The notes under the pieces are model-generated. The model was not told the DNA's origin. It made no database searches and saw nothing but the letters and a program-made list of their open reading frames with translations. Below are positions 28,872-37,581 of a DNA stretch of 64,000 nt, piece after piece. The number at the start of each line of letters is the position of its first letter. The first letter of the stretch is position 1. The DNA comes from Candidatus Moraniibacteriota bacterium (GTDB lineage: Bacteria; Patescibacteriota; Minisyncoccia; Moranbacterales; UBA1568), in NCBI GenBank assembly GCA_049290235.1, contig JBATNG010000034.1:3686-67685 (forward strand), written 5' to 3'. The position numbers and the translations under genes were made by a program.

Positions 28872-30386
28872 TTGAACGGTCGGGCCAAAGCGGGGCGCGT
28901 CGATACGGATATGTCGCGATGGTTGATGAGCGGAGTACTCGGACTCATGGGTGGTATGGCGCTGTCGGCCTGGACCGGAGCGCAGGCTGTGGTGTTTGGG
29001 TTGCTGTTGCTGGTTATGCTGATCATCGTCGGCAGCCTGCTCCCGAATCGGCAGAACATCATGCTGGGGGGAGTGAGTGTCGTGGCGCTGTGGCTGGGGA
29101 TAGCGTGGTACGCCCATGCGTTTGAGCGCTGGCATACATTGCCAGAGACGGTGGAATATACGGGTCCGGTGGAGATCATCGAGCGCGGCGAAGTGAAAGT
29201 GTTTTACCGTCCGCTGACGCTCCGGCCGATCGACGAGACGTGGTCGGGCGGGGATATCCTCTATCGGGCGCCGATCGATATGGCTGGTCAGCCGGGCGGG
29301 CGGCTGGATTTTCAGTGTGTTTTGTCACGGCCCAAGAATTTTGAACCAGGCTTCGATTATCGGTTGCTCCTCGCGACGCGCGGCACGGGCTATGTCTGTG
29401 AACGGGGAGGGAGTGCCACTGAGCTGCCGGATAGAGACTCGCATCTCCGGACGGCGCTCTATCGGATCCAGTCTGGATTCCGGACGCGGATCACGGCACT
29501 CATCCCGGAGCCGGAAGCCGGGCTCCTCGTGGGGCTGCTCATCGGCGGGAACGATACCCTCGCTCCCGAGACAAAGGCCGCATTTGCGCGTGCCGGACTG
29601 TCACATATCGTCGCGGTTTCTGGGTACAACATGAGCGTCGTCGCTGAGGGGCTGGTCATCCTCGCACTGGTCTTCGGGCTCTGGCGGCGCTTTGCCGTCG
29701 GACTGGCGGTCATCGGTCTCGCGGGGTTTCTGCTGATCATCGATGGATCGGCGGCATCGCTTCGGGCGGCGCTCATGGCTTGGCTCGCGTTTGGTGCCTA
29801 CTTTGTCGGCCGGCCGGCAGCGTCGTGGAATGGATTGCTCCTCGCCGGCGCATCGATGCTCGTCATCAACCCGCTCCTGATCCGCTTCGATGTCGGTTTC
29901 CAGTTGTCCTTTCTAGCAACCCTGGCACTCCTCGTCTTCGCTCGCTCATTCGAAACCTTCGAGTGTTTCCGTCATTGGTACGGCAAACTTGCGGCCTTGT
30001 TCCTCACGACCGTCATCATCGAACTCTTCACCTTGCCAGTGATCGGCTCGACGTTCGGCACGGTCTCGCTCATCGCACCCGTAGCAAACGTCATCGTCCT
30101 TCCGCTCGTGCCGTTCGCCATGTTCGTCGGTACCGGGATCATCGCGGTGTCGGCTCTCTGGCCAGGTCTCGGCTTTCTCTTCGTTCCGCTCGTGTGGCTG
30201 CCACTCACGGCGATCATTCGGACGGCCGAGGAGCTGGCGAGCATCCCGTGGTCGAGTCTCGATCTGTCGCGTGTGGGGCTCGACATCGGGGCAGTCTTTG
30301 CGGTACTCTGGTATGCCGGTTTAGGGATCGGGGTTTATCAGCTTGAGAAGCGACGCAAACGTTATGTATTGGGGATGGATCACTAA
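28872..30386 (+). CDS. comEC: ComEC/Rec2 competence channel, N-terminal and polytopic competence domains
   Basis: 'LSHIVAVSGYNMSVVAEGL' and at least 9 TM helices. Ends 44 nt inside the next ORF, in a different frame. Confidence 0.75.
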   Translation: MNGRAKAGRVDTDMSRWLMSGVLGLMGGMALSAWTGAQAVVFGLLLLVMLIIVGSLLPNRQNIMLGGVSVVALWLGIAWYAHAFERWHTLPETVEYTGPVEIIERGEVKVFYRPLTLRPIDETWSGGDILYRAPIDMAGQPGGRLDFQCVLSRPKNFEPGFDYRLLLATRGTGYVCERGGSATELPDRDSHLRTALYRIQSGFRTRITALIPEPEAGLLVGLLIGGNDTLAPETKAAFARAGLSHIVAVSGYNMSVVAEGLVILALVFGLWRRFAVGLAVIGLAGFLLIIDGSAASLRAALMAWLAFGAYFVGRPAASWNGLLLAGASMLVINPLLIRFDVGFQLSFLATLALLVFARSFETFECFRHWYGKLAALFLTTVIIELFTLPVIGSTFGTVSLIAPVANVIVLPLVPFAMFVGTGIIAVSALWPGLGFLFVPLVWLPLTAIIRTAEELASIPWSSLDLSRVGLDIGAVFAVLWYAGLGIGVYQLEKRRKRYVLGMDH

Positions 30387-31212
30387 ATCGGCTATTGTCG
30401 GATTTCTCGCGGCTCTCGTTTTCATCTTCGGGCTGTGGCTGTACGGTATCCATGTGGATGCGAATGAGACACACATCGTCTTCCTCGCGGTGGGCCAGGG
30501 AGATGCCATCCTCATCAGTCAGGGGATGAATCAGATCGTGATCGATGGCGGGCGTGACGGGCGGTTGCTTCTCTCGCGGCTCGGTCGCCATGTGCCGTTC
30601 TACGATCGGACTATCGAGGTCCTCATCCCGACACATCCCGATGCGGATCATATCGGCGGACTGTCGGCTCTGCTCGAACGGTATCGGGTGAAGACCGCAC
30701 TCGACACCGGCGCTCGGACGGACACGAAGTCAGCTTTTCTCTTTTATCGTGACTTGGAACATGAAGGGGCATCACTCATCCCGGCGGTGCGCGGAGCATC
30801 GGTCGCGTTACCGCGCGGCGGGAAGCTTACGGTCCTCTATCCGAATACGCCGTTGCCGGAGGATGTGTCCGAGACGAATGAGGGGAGTGTGGTGGCACGC
30901 TTCGAGTATGGTGAGACGAGCTTTCTCTTCACGGGGGACCTCCCGGACGAGGAGCAGTTTATCCCGGATCTGGGTCAGGCCGATGTGCTGAAGGTTGCTC
31001 ATCACGGCTCCCAGTATTCGACGAGTGATGCCTTCCTTTCGCTCATCCAGCCTGCGGAAGCCGTCGTTTCCGTCGGCAAGAACACGTATGGACATCCTTC
31101 TTCGGCGGTCTTGGAGCGGCTCCAGGCACACGGAGTCAGCGTCTCACGGACTGATACCGAGGGTGACATTGTGTACCGTTGTCGAGAGCGCCTCTGCCAG
31201 CGGATAGAGTAA
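30343..31212 (+). CDS. MBL-fold metallo-hydrolase (ComEC C-terminal beta-lactamase-like domain) as a separate ORF
   Basis: 'HIVFLAVGQGDAILI', 'PTHPDADHIGG', 'FTGDL', 'KVAHHGS'. Normally fused to ComEC. Confidence 0.7.
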   Translation: MRSDANVMYWGWITKSAIVGFLAALVFIFGLWLYGIHVDANETHIVFLAVGQGDAILISQGMNQIVIDGGRDGRLLLSRLGRHVPFYDRTIEVLIPTHPDADHIGGLSALLERYRVKTALDTGARTDTKSAFLFYRDLEHEGASLIPAVRGASVALPRGGKLTVLYPNTPLPEDVSETNEGSVVARFEYGETSFLFTGDLPDEEQFIPDLGQADVLKVAHHGSQYSTSDAFLSLIQPAEAVVSVGKNTYGHPSSAVLERLQAHGVSVSRTDTEGDIVYRCRERLCQRIE

Positions 31213-31346
31213 ATCCACACCGCAGAGCAGTTGGTTGTGATGTGCGCGGCGAGTGTGGCATAAAAAGTGGGTCCCGACTTGCGGAAAACAGCCTTTCGTG
31301 TTAGAGTCCCAGCGTAATCGTTTTCCCCTAAGAATAGAGAAGGCTT

Positions 31347-31955
31347 ATGGTTGATGCACACCCGAAGAAAGAGCGCACCCTCGTTATCCTGAAACCAGAC
31401 GCGATTCAACGTTCACTGATCGGAGAGGTTATCCGCCGGATCGAACGGACCGGTTTGAAACTCGTCGCGGTGAAGTTCATGATCGCCAAGGAGGAACAGT
31501 GCTGGGAACACTACCAGAAGAATGACGAATGGTACCTGAAGAAAGGGCAGCGCGTGATTGAAGATCGCAAGGCGCATGGCCTGCCGATCGAGGAGGAACC
31601 GATGGAATACGGCAAAGACATCATCCGCACCATCGTCGAATATATGACATCAGGACCAGTCCTCGGTCTCGTGGTAGAGGGTCTGGGTGCGGTCGCGATC
31701 ACGACCAAGCTCGTGGGGAGCACGGAGCCGAGTACCTCGGACGTCGGGACGATCCGGGGGGATTTCACGATCGATACCTACAGCCTGTCCGCGATCGACA
31801 ATCGCGCGGTCCGGAATCTCATCCATTGTTCCGACAGTCCCGAGGAGGCCGGGCGCGAGATCGCCATCTGGTTCAAGCCCGAGGAACTGATCAACTATCG
31901 CCTCGTTCAGGAGCAGATTCTGTACGATGTGAACCTCGACGGCATCCTCGAATAA
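31347..31955 (+). CDS. ndk: Nucleoside-diphosphate kinase with an insertion of about 50 aa
   Basis: 'ERTLVILKPDAIQRSLIGEVI', 'NLIHCSDSPEEAGREIAIWF'. 202 aa against the usual ~140. Confidence 0.85.
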   Translation: MVDAHPKKERTLVILKPDAIQRSLIGEVIRRIERTGLKLVAVKFMIAKEEQCWEHYQKNDEWYLKKGQRVIEDRKAHGLPIEEEPMEYGKDIIRTIVEYMTSGPVLGLVVEGLGAVAITTKLVGSTEPSTSDVGTIRGDFTIDTYSLSAIDNRAVRNLIHCSDSPEEAGREIAIWFKPEELINYRLVQEQILYDVNLDGILE

Positions 31956-31975
31956 GTCTTTTCGATAGAGTGGAA

Positions 31976-32000
31976 AGAGCCTGAAACAAGGCTCTTTTTC
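31976..32000 (+). terminator. Rho-independent terminator after ndk
   Basis: agagcc-tgaaacaa-ggctct followed by TTTTC. Confidence 0.5.
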
Positions 32001-32153
32001 GTACCCCCTTGCAAAAAAATCCATGGGGTATAGGATAGCGTATATTTCTCGGTCGGTGACCGGGGGATAGGCGGTAGATGTAGTACTGACAAGATTACGT
32101 CTGCCAGGATTGTTCTTTCGAAGGCATGAGCCTTCACAGTTGAGGAGTGTCCC

Positions 32154-32372
32154 ATGACAGATCAGAAAGGAGGCGAGCTGCCCAGCTTGACCTCAGACTC
32201 CCAAGCTGCCGACCCTTCCGCTTCATCCACAGATAATCATCGAGCCCGTGTATTTGACTTTGACCTCGATGATACGGTGAACGGAAATCTGGTTGACACA
32301 CCGAAGCGTGCTCGTAGCCATGGTTTCCGTTTCAGGAGCGGGCTGCCGACTTTAGATCCGGATAAGAAATGA
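32154..32372 (+). CDS. Small hypothetical ORF (72 aa); may be spurious
   Basis: Good RBS (gaggag) but acidic low-complexity product. Lies in an RNA-rich spacer. Confidence 0.25.
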   Translation: MTDQKGGELPSLTSDSQAADPSASSTDNHRARVFDFDLDDTVNGNLVDTPKRARSHGFRFRSGLPTLDPDKK

Positions 32373-32521
32373 CGGAGGATCAACCGTCTTGGTCTCAGGA
32401 CCACATGGCCCCGTAACACGGTGTCCATGGAAGGAGCCCCCACAAGGGACTCCTTTTCATTTCTGCTCATGTTTGATATCCTCACTCTGTTTCAAATGTG
32501 GTTCTCCGAGAGTAATAATTG

Positions 32522-32595
32522 CGGGCTGTAGTATATCGGCAGTACGCGTGCATGGGGTGCACGTAGGCCGGGTTCGATTCCCGGCAGCCCGACCA
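32522..32595 (+). tRNA. tRNA-Pro (anticodon GGG)
   Basis: Hand-folded cloverleaf. Acceptor CGGGCTG/CAGCCCG, D-arm GTAT/GTAC, anticodon stem CGTGC/GCACG with loop ATGGGGT (anticodon GGG), T-arm CCGGG-TTCGATT-CCCGG, discriminator A, encoded CCA. Confidence 0.85.
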
Positions 32596-32648
32596 TTCGG
32601 CTTCATCTTCGCTTTCGCTCAGATTGCGCTCATGATCTTCGACTGAGT

Positions 32649-32957
32649 ATGAAGAATGAAGTTTTGAGAAATCTGCTAGGAGTCGAATGTCCTGAGCCTG
32701 TCGAAGGAAAAGCTTTCGTGTATCTGCTTCTCTGCCGAGATCAGAGCTACTACTGCGGATCGACATCGAATATGCAAAACCGTTTTGAGGAGCATCAGTC
32801 AGGGGAGGCCTCGCAGTGGACGAAAACGCGCCGACCAGTAAGACTCGCTTATTGTGAAATGCTTGACTCTTTGGCGCTTGCGTATCGTCGCGAGAAGCAA
32901 ATCAAAGGCTGGACAAGAGAAAAGAAGGAAAAACTTGTGCGAGGAGTATGGAACTAG
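32649..32957 (+). CDS. GIY-YIG nuclease-family small protein
   Basis: 'FVYLLLCRDQSYYCGSTSNMQNRFEEH' GIY-YIG motif, adjacent to a tRNA. Confidence 0.75.
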   Translation: MKNEVLRNLLGVECPEPVEGKAFVYLLLCRDQSYYCGSTSNMQNRFEEHQSGEASQWTKTRRPVRLAYCEMLDSLALAYRREKQIKGWTREKKEKLVRGVWN

Positions 32958-33054
32958 TCCAGTAGATTGGCTGAATAGTCTGATCGTTAAAAGAATACTC
33001 CGGCAGCTCAGATATGGTACAATAGAGCTGTAAGTTTTCACTTAGCTTGTCCGT

Positions 33055-33816
33055 ATGGAGACCCCGTATCTGTCGGTGCTTATTCCTGCATATAAAGAAG
33101 GGGAGCGCATTGGTCATAATCTGCTGGAGATCGACCGCTATCTGAAAGGGAAGTCGTTCACCTATGAGATTGTCGTCATCGTCGATGGCTCGCCCGATGA
33201 CACGGCCAAGATTGCCGGGAATTATGCGCTCACTATACCGCATCTCCGCGTCATCAATAATCCCGAGAACCACGGCAAGGGCTTTGTCGTGCGTCAGGCG
33301 CTGCTCGAAGGCAAAGGCGAATACCGAGCCTTCCTTGATGCGGACGGATCGACTTCTATCACTCACCTCGATGCCTGTCTGCCGTTCTTCCAAGAAGGGT
33401 ACGATGTCGTTATCGGTTCGCGAAAGATCGAAGGATCCTTCATCCAGATCCATCAGCCGCGTCACCGTGAAATCATGGGCGAGGGAGGTAATTGGTTGAT
33501 TCGTATCGTCTTGGGCCTCTGGAATTTCCCGGACACCCAGTGCGGTTTCAAAGTCCTCTCGGCTCTAGCCGCTGAGACGGTGGCGAGTCGGATGGTGGTT
33601 GACCGCTTCGGTTTCGATTTCGAACTGATTATCCTCGCCGAGAAACTCGGATTCAAGATCAAGCAGATCCCGGTCCGTTGGATGAATGAGGAAGGATCGA
33701 CCGTGAGCCTGACGGGCCCGAACGGTTTCATCCAGGTCCTGATCGATCTCTTCAAGACGAAGTGGCGGCTTTTGACGGGCCGATACCGGATCGGTGAGTT
33801 CAAACGTCCGGCCTGA
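33055..33816 (+). CDS. Family 2 glycosyltransferase (polyprenyl-phosphate sugar transferase-like)
   Basis: 'LSVLIPAYKEGERIG', 'EIVVIVDGSPDDT', 'DADGS'. Confidence 0.8.
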   Translation: METPYLSVLIPAYKEGERIGHNLLEIDRYLKGKSFTYEIVVIVDGSPDDTAKIAGNYALTIPHLRVINNPENHGKGFVVRQALLEGKGEYRAFLDADGSTSITHLDACLPFFQEGYDVVIGSRKIEGSFIQIHQPRHREIMGEGGNWLIRIVLGLWNFPDTQCGFKVLSALAAETVASRMVVDRFGFDFELIILAEKLGFKIKQIPVRWMNEEGSTVSLTGPNGFIQVLIDLFKTKWRLLTGRYRIGEFKRPA

Positions 33817-33850
33817 ACTCCGGACACAGAGAAACAAGAACATCAACATC

Positions 33851-34888
33851 ATGGCCGCCGAAACAGACACTCAAAAAGAAAAAAAAGAACGCTCCGTCTC
33901 AGAACTCCGACAAGATATCGTGACCGGAGACTGGGTCATCGTCGCGACGGCTCGGGGCAAACGGCCGGATGATTTCGTTGCGCCGGAGCGAGCCGTAGGT
34001 GCGGCCAATCCGGATATCTTCGAAGATCCAGAGGCGAGCGGCCAGGAGGGGGACACGCTCATCTACATGCGGCCGGACGGGGACTGGAGCCTGCGCGTAT
34101 TTCCCAACAAGTATCCTGCGGTATCACGTTCAAATGGCCGACCCAAGTCACTGGCGGACGGCCCGTACTTCGGTATGTCAGCAGTCGGGTACCATGAAGT
34201 GATCGTCACGCGCGATGCTAAACGTTCGATTGCCGCGCTCGAAACCTGGCAGGTAGCCGAACTGCTTGACGCCTACCAGGATCGATACCTTTCGCTGATG
34301 AACAAGGCGAGTGTCAACTACATCCAGATCTTTCATAACCACGGCCAGGAAGCGGGCGCATCCGTCCCACATCCACATTCGCAGCTCATGGCCATCCCGG
34401 TCGTGGCACCGTATGTCGAATCGATCCTCTCTGGTGCCGAGCGCTTCTACAAGAGTCATCGCCAGCGTGTTTATGGGGTGATGGTCGACTATGAACAAGA
34501 GAAGAAGAAACGGCTCGTTTTCGAGAATGATGATTTTGTCGTCTTTGCACCGTATGCGTCCCGCGTCGCCTTCGAACTGTGGGTCGTAGGGAAGCGTCCG
34601 AACCCGTACTTTGAGCGGATTACTGACGAAGAGAAGTTTTCTTGTGGTGAGGCGCTTCAGAAAGCACTCCAGTCGATTTATCACGGGCTCGGTGATCCGG
34701 CGTACAACTTTTATCTCTACACCGCACCGTGCGACGGCAAGGATTATCCACATTTTCAGTGGCATATCGAGATCGCGCCGCATACCGCGACGTGGGCAGG
34801 CTTCGAACTCTCGACAGGGATAGAGATCTCGACGATCGAGCCAGAAAAAGCGGCCGCCTTTCTCCGACAGAAATTGGAGAGCGCCTAG
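33851..34888 (+). CDS. galT: Galactose-1-phosphate uridylyltransferase-family (HIT-like) protein
   Basis: 'IFHNHGQEAGASVPHPHSQLMAIPVV'. Start taken at an internal ATG (MAAETD). Confidence 0.7.
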   Translation: MAAETDTQKEKKERSVSELRQDIVTGDWVIVATARGKRPDDFVAPERAVGAANPDIFEDPEASGQEGDTLIYMRPDGDWSLRVFPNKYPAVSRSNGRPKSLADGPYFGMSAVGYHEVIVTRDAKRSIAALETWQVAELLDAYQDRYLSLMNKASVNYIQIFHNHGQEAGASVPHPHSQLMAIPVVAPYVESILSGAERFYKSHRQRVYGVMVDYEQEKKKRLVFENDDFVVFAPYASRVAFELWVVGKRPNPYFERITDEEKFSCGEALQKALQSIYHGLGDPAYNFYLYTAPCDGKDYPHFQWHIEIAPHTATWAGFELSTGIEISTIEPEKAAAFLRQKLESA

Positions 34889-34891
34889 CAT

Positions 34892-35668
34892 ATGCTACCC
34901 TTTTATGTGATCGGGAACCTGAAGATGCATCTCCTCAACCGTGATGAGGTGAGTGAATATCTGTCGCAGCTTCGTCGGGAGTCAGCGGGCAAGACCTTTG
35001 CTCATACGCGGGGAGTGATCGCTCCGCCTGCCATCCATCTCCATGCATTCAGTCATCTCCCGGCCGGGTTCACACTCGCTGCTCAGAACATGGCATGGGA
35101 AACGAAAGGGGCCTTCACCGGAGAAATTTCTCCGGTGATGTTGCGCGATGCCGGTGTCGGGCATGTCATCCTCGGTCACAGCGAGCGGCGGGCGTATGCT
35201 GGCGAGACGGATGCACTCGTCGCTTGCAAGACCCGGCTCGCTCTGAAAGAAGGGATCATCCCGATCGTCTGTCTCGGCGAGACGGCGGAGGAACGTCAGC
35301 GGGATCAGACGATGGCCATCATCGAACGGACGGTTCGGACGGTGTTCGATGGCCTGTCGCCGCTCTTGGCCGAACGCGTGATCATCGCGTATGAGCCGCG
35401 CTGGGCGATCGGTACAGGAGAGACACCGACGACAACAGATATCCTTCAGGTGAAGGTATATCTCCGCAAGCTGCTCTCGAGTCTCTATGATCCCGGCCTC
35501 GCAGAACGAATCACGGTCATCTACGGCGGATCAGTCAAGGCCGCTGCTCTCGCATCGGTCTCTTGGGAAGCCGAGCTATCCGGTGTCCTCGTCGGCGGGG
35601 AGAGTCTGTACCCGCGTGAGCTCGTGAAGATGATGCTCGATGCAGAGAAGCATTTCAGTCAGGGATAA
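34892..35668 (+). CDS. tpiA: Triosephosphate isomerase
   Basis: 'VIGNLKMHL', 'IAYEPRWAIGTGETPT'. Confidence 0.9.
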   Translation: MLPFYVIGNLKMHLLNRDEVSEYLSQLRRESAGKTFAHTRGVIAPPAIHLHAFSHLPAGFTLAAQNMAWETKGAFTGEISPVMLRDAGVGHVILGHSERRAYAGETDALVACKTRLALKEGIIPIVCLGETAEERQRDQTMAIIERTVRTVFDGLSPLLAERVIIAYEPRWAIGTGETPTTTDILQVKVYLRKLLSSLYDPGLAERITVIYGGSVKAAALASVSWEAELSGVLVGGESLYPRELVKMMLDAEKHFSQG

Positions 35669-35677
35669 CAACGGCCT

Positions 35678-36538
35678 ATGCATATATCAGCCAAGAAAAT
35701 TCTGACCGAGGCACATACAAGGGGGTATGCTGTCGGTGCGTTCAATACCGTCAACCTCGAAACGACCTGGGCAATCTTGGAGGCGGCAGCTGAGCGGCGC
35801 TCGCCCGTCATCATCCAGATGACCGAGAAGACGTTTCAGTATGGCGGGGGGCATGCCATGTACCACTTGGTGAAGAATATCGCAGATTTTTATTTTCCCG
35901 ATATCCCACTCGCGATCCATCTCGATCACGGGCGCAATTTGGCTGTCGTCCGCGAAGCGCTCGCGATCGGCTTCAAGTCAGTGATGATGGATGCGTCAAC
36001 GCTGCCGTATGAAGAAAACATGGAGTCGACCGCAGCAATCGTCCGGGAAGCCCATAGCAAGGGGGCAGCCGTCCAGGGCGAGCTCGGCAATGTCCCGTAC
36101 AAAGGCGAAGTGGCGGATATGGAGCATATGGATTGGGACAAATATATGACGAATCCGGCTCAGGCGGACGCCTATGTTCGGACGACGGGCGTGGATACGC
36201 TCGCGGTCGGCATCGGAAATGCGCACGGCTCTTTCCCGGAACGGCCGGAACCGGATTTCGATCGCCTCGCCGCGATCCAGGAGCGCATCAAACTCCCGCT
36301 CGTCCTCCACGGTGCGTCGGATTGGGAGGGAGAGAAAGTCGCGCGCGTCATCAGTCTCGGTATCGCTTGCTTCAATGTCGAGACCGCGACGAAGACGGCG
36401 TTCATCACGACCTTGCGCGAGACCCTACCGACGAATGAAGCCGTGGATATTCGGAAGATCCTCATGCCCGCCCGGGAAGCATTTCGTGAGGCGGTGAAAC
36501 AAAAGATGGATCTCTTTGGTTCAACCGGAAAAGCCTAA
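35678..36538 (+). CDS. fba: Class II fructose-bisphosphate aldolase
   Basis: 'GYAVGAFNTVNLET', 'LDHG', 'MMDAS', 'GELGNV'. Confidence 0.85.
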   Translation: MHISAKKILTEAHTRGYAVGAFNTVNLETTWAILEAAAERRSPVIIQMTEKTFQYGGGHAMYHLVKNIADFYFPDIPLAIHLDHGRNLAVVREALAIGFKSVMMDASTLPYEENMESTAAIVREAHSKGAAVQGELGNVPYKGEVADMEHMDWDKYMTNPAQADAYVRTTGVDTLAVGIGNAHGSFPERPEPDFDRLAAIQERIKLPLVLHGASDWEGEKVARVISLGIACFNVETATKTAFITTLRETLPTNEAVDIRKILMPAREAFREAVKQKMDLFGSTGKA

Positions 36539-36555
36539 ATACATAAGCATCTCCT

Positions 36556-37560
36556 ATGGAAAAGAAGCGGATTGCCATCAATGGTTTCGGACGGATCGGG
36601 CGAGCAGCCTTCAAGATCGCGCTTGAAAAGCCGGAGCTCGTGGTCGTGGCCATCAATGATCTGACAGAAGCGAATATCCTGGCTCACCTCCTCGCGCACG
36701 ACACAGCCTATGGCCAGTATGCGAAGAGTGTCGTCGCTGGCGACAAGAAGCTCATCGTCGATGGTCAGGAGTACCCGGTCTATGCTGAACCGGATCCATT
36801 GAAGCTCCCCTGGAAGGACTTGGCCGTCGATGTCGTCCTCGAATGCACGGGCCGCTTCACAGACAAGGATGCTTCGGCCCAACATATCACGGCGGGGGCG
36901 AAACGGGTGGTGCTTTCAGCACCGTCGAAAGGCGATGATGGATCAGTACCGACATTCCTCTTGGGCGTCAATGCGGACCAGTATGCCGGTGAAACCGTCA
37001 TTTCCAATGCGTCATGTACGACGAATTCGCTCGCCCCGATCGCGAAGGTGATCCATGAACGCTTCGGTATCGAGAAGGCGCTCATGAGTACCATCCATTC
37101 TTATACCGCGGATCAGACCCTGCAGGACGGTCCGCACAAGGACTTCCGTCGCGCTCGAGCAGCGGCACAGAATATCGTCCCGACGACGACGGGTGCAGCG
37201 ATCGCCGTTACGCAGGTCATTCCAGAGCTGAAGGATCGTTTTGACGGACTGTCGTTCCGGGTCCCGACGATCGTGGTTTCACTGACCGATTTCACATTTC
37301 TCTTGAAGCAGAAGACGACCGTCGAAGAGATTAATACTGCCTTGACTGAAGCAAGTCGCAATCCGCGCTTCGCCCATGTGCTCGATGTCACAACTGAACC
37401 GCTCGTCTCATCTGACTTCATCGGTAATCCGCATTCCGCTATTGTGGATTTGTCGCTCACCAAGGTGATCGATGGCGATCTCGTGAAAGTTGTCGCGTGG
37501 TATGATAACGAATGGGGCTACTCGAACCGCCTCGTCGAGATGGCGTCTTTGGCAAAGTAA
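36556..37560 (+). CDS. gap: Glyceraldehyde-3-phosphate dehydrogenase
   Basis: 'IAINGFGRIGR' and the catalytic 'ASCTTNSLAP'. Confidence 0.95.
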   Translation: MEKKRIAINGFGRIGRAAFKIALEKPELVVVAINDLTEANILAHLLAHDTAYGQYAKSVVAGDKKLIVDGQEYPVYAEPDPLKLPWKDLAVDVVLECTGRFTDKDASAQHITAGAKRVVLSAPSKGDDGSVPTFLLGVNADQYAGETVISNASCTTNSLAPIAKVIHERFGIEKALMSTIHSYTADQTLQDGPHKDFRRARAAAQNIVPTTTGAAIAVTQVIPELKDRFDGLSFRVPTIVVSLTDFTFLLKQKTTVEEINTALTEASRNPRFAHVLDVTTEPLVSSDFIGNPHSAIVDLSLTKVIDGDLVKVVAWYDNEWGYSNRLVEMASLAK

Positions 37561-37581
37561 AAATAAAATCAGTAGGACGAT

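Noticed and set aside
32420-32450. SRP RNA (4.5S) helix 8
   Set aside because: GGAAGGAGCC resembles GGAAGGAAGCAGCC, but the characteristic asymmetric loops (AGG / AGCAG) and the tetraloop closure are not convincingly present. Kept only as a low-interest structured-spacer finding.
32565-32595. tmRNA 3' tRNA-like end (GGTTCGATTCC...ACCA)
   Set aside because: The upstream sequence folds into a complete canonical cloverleaf with anticodon GGG, so it is an ordinary tRNA-Pro.
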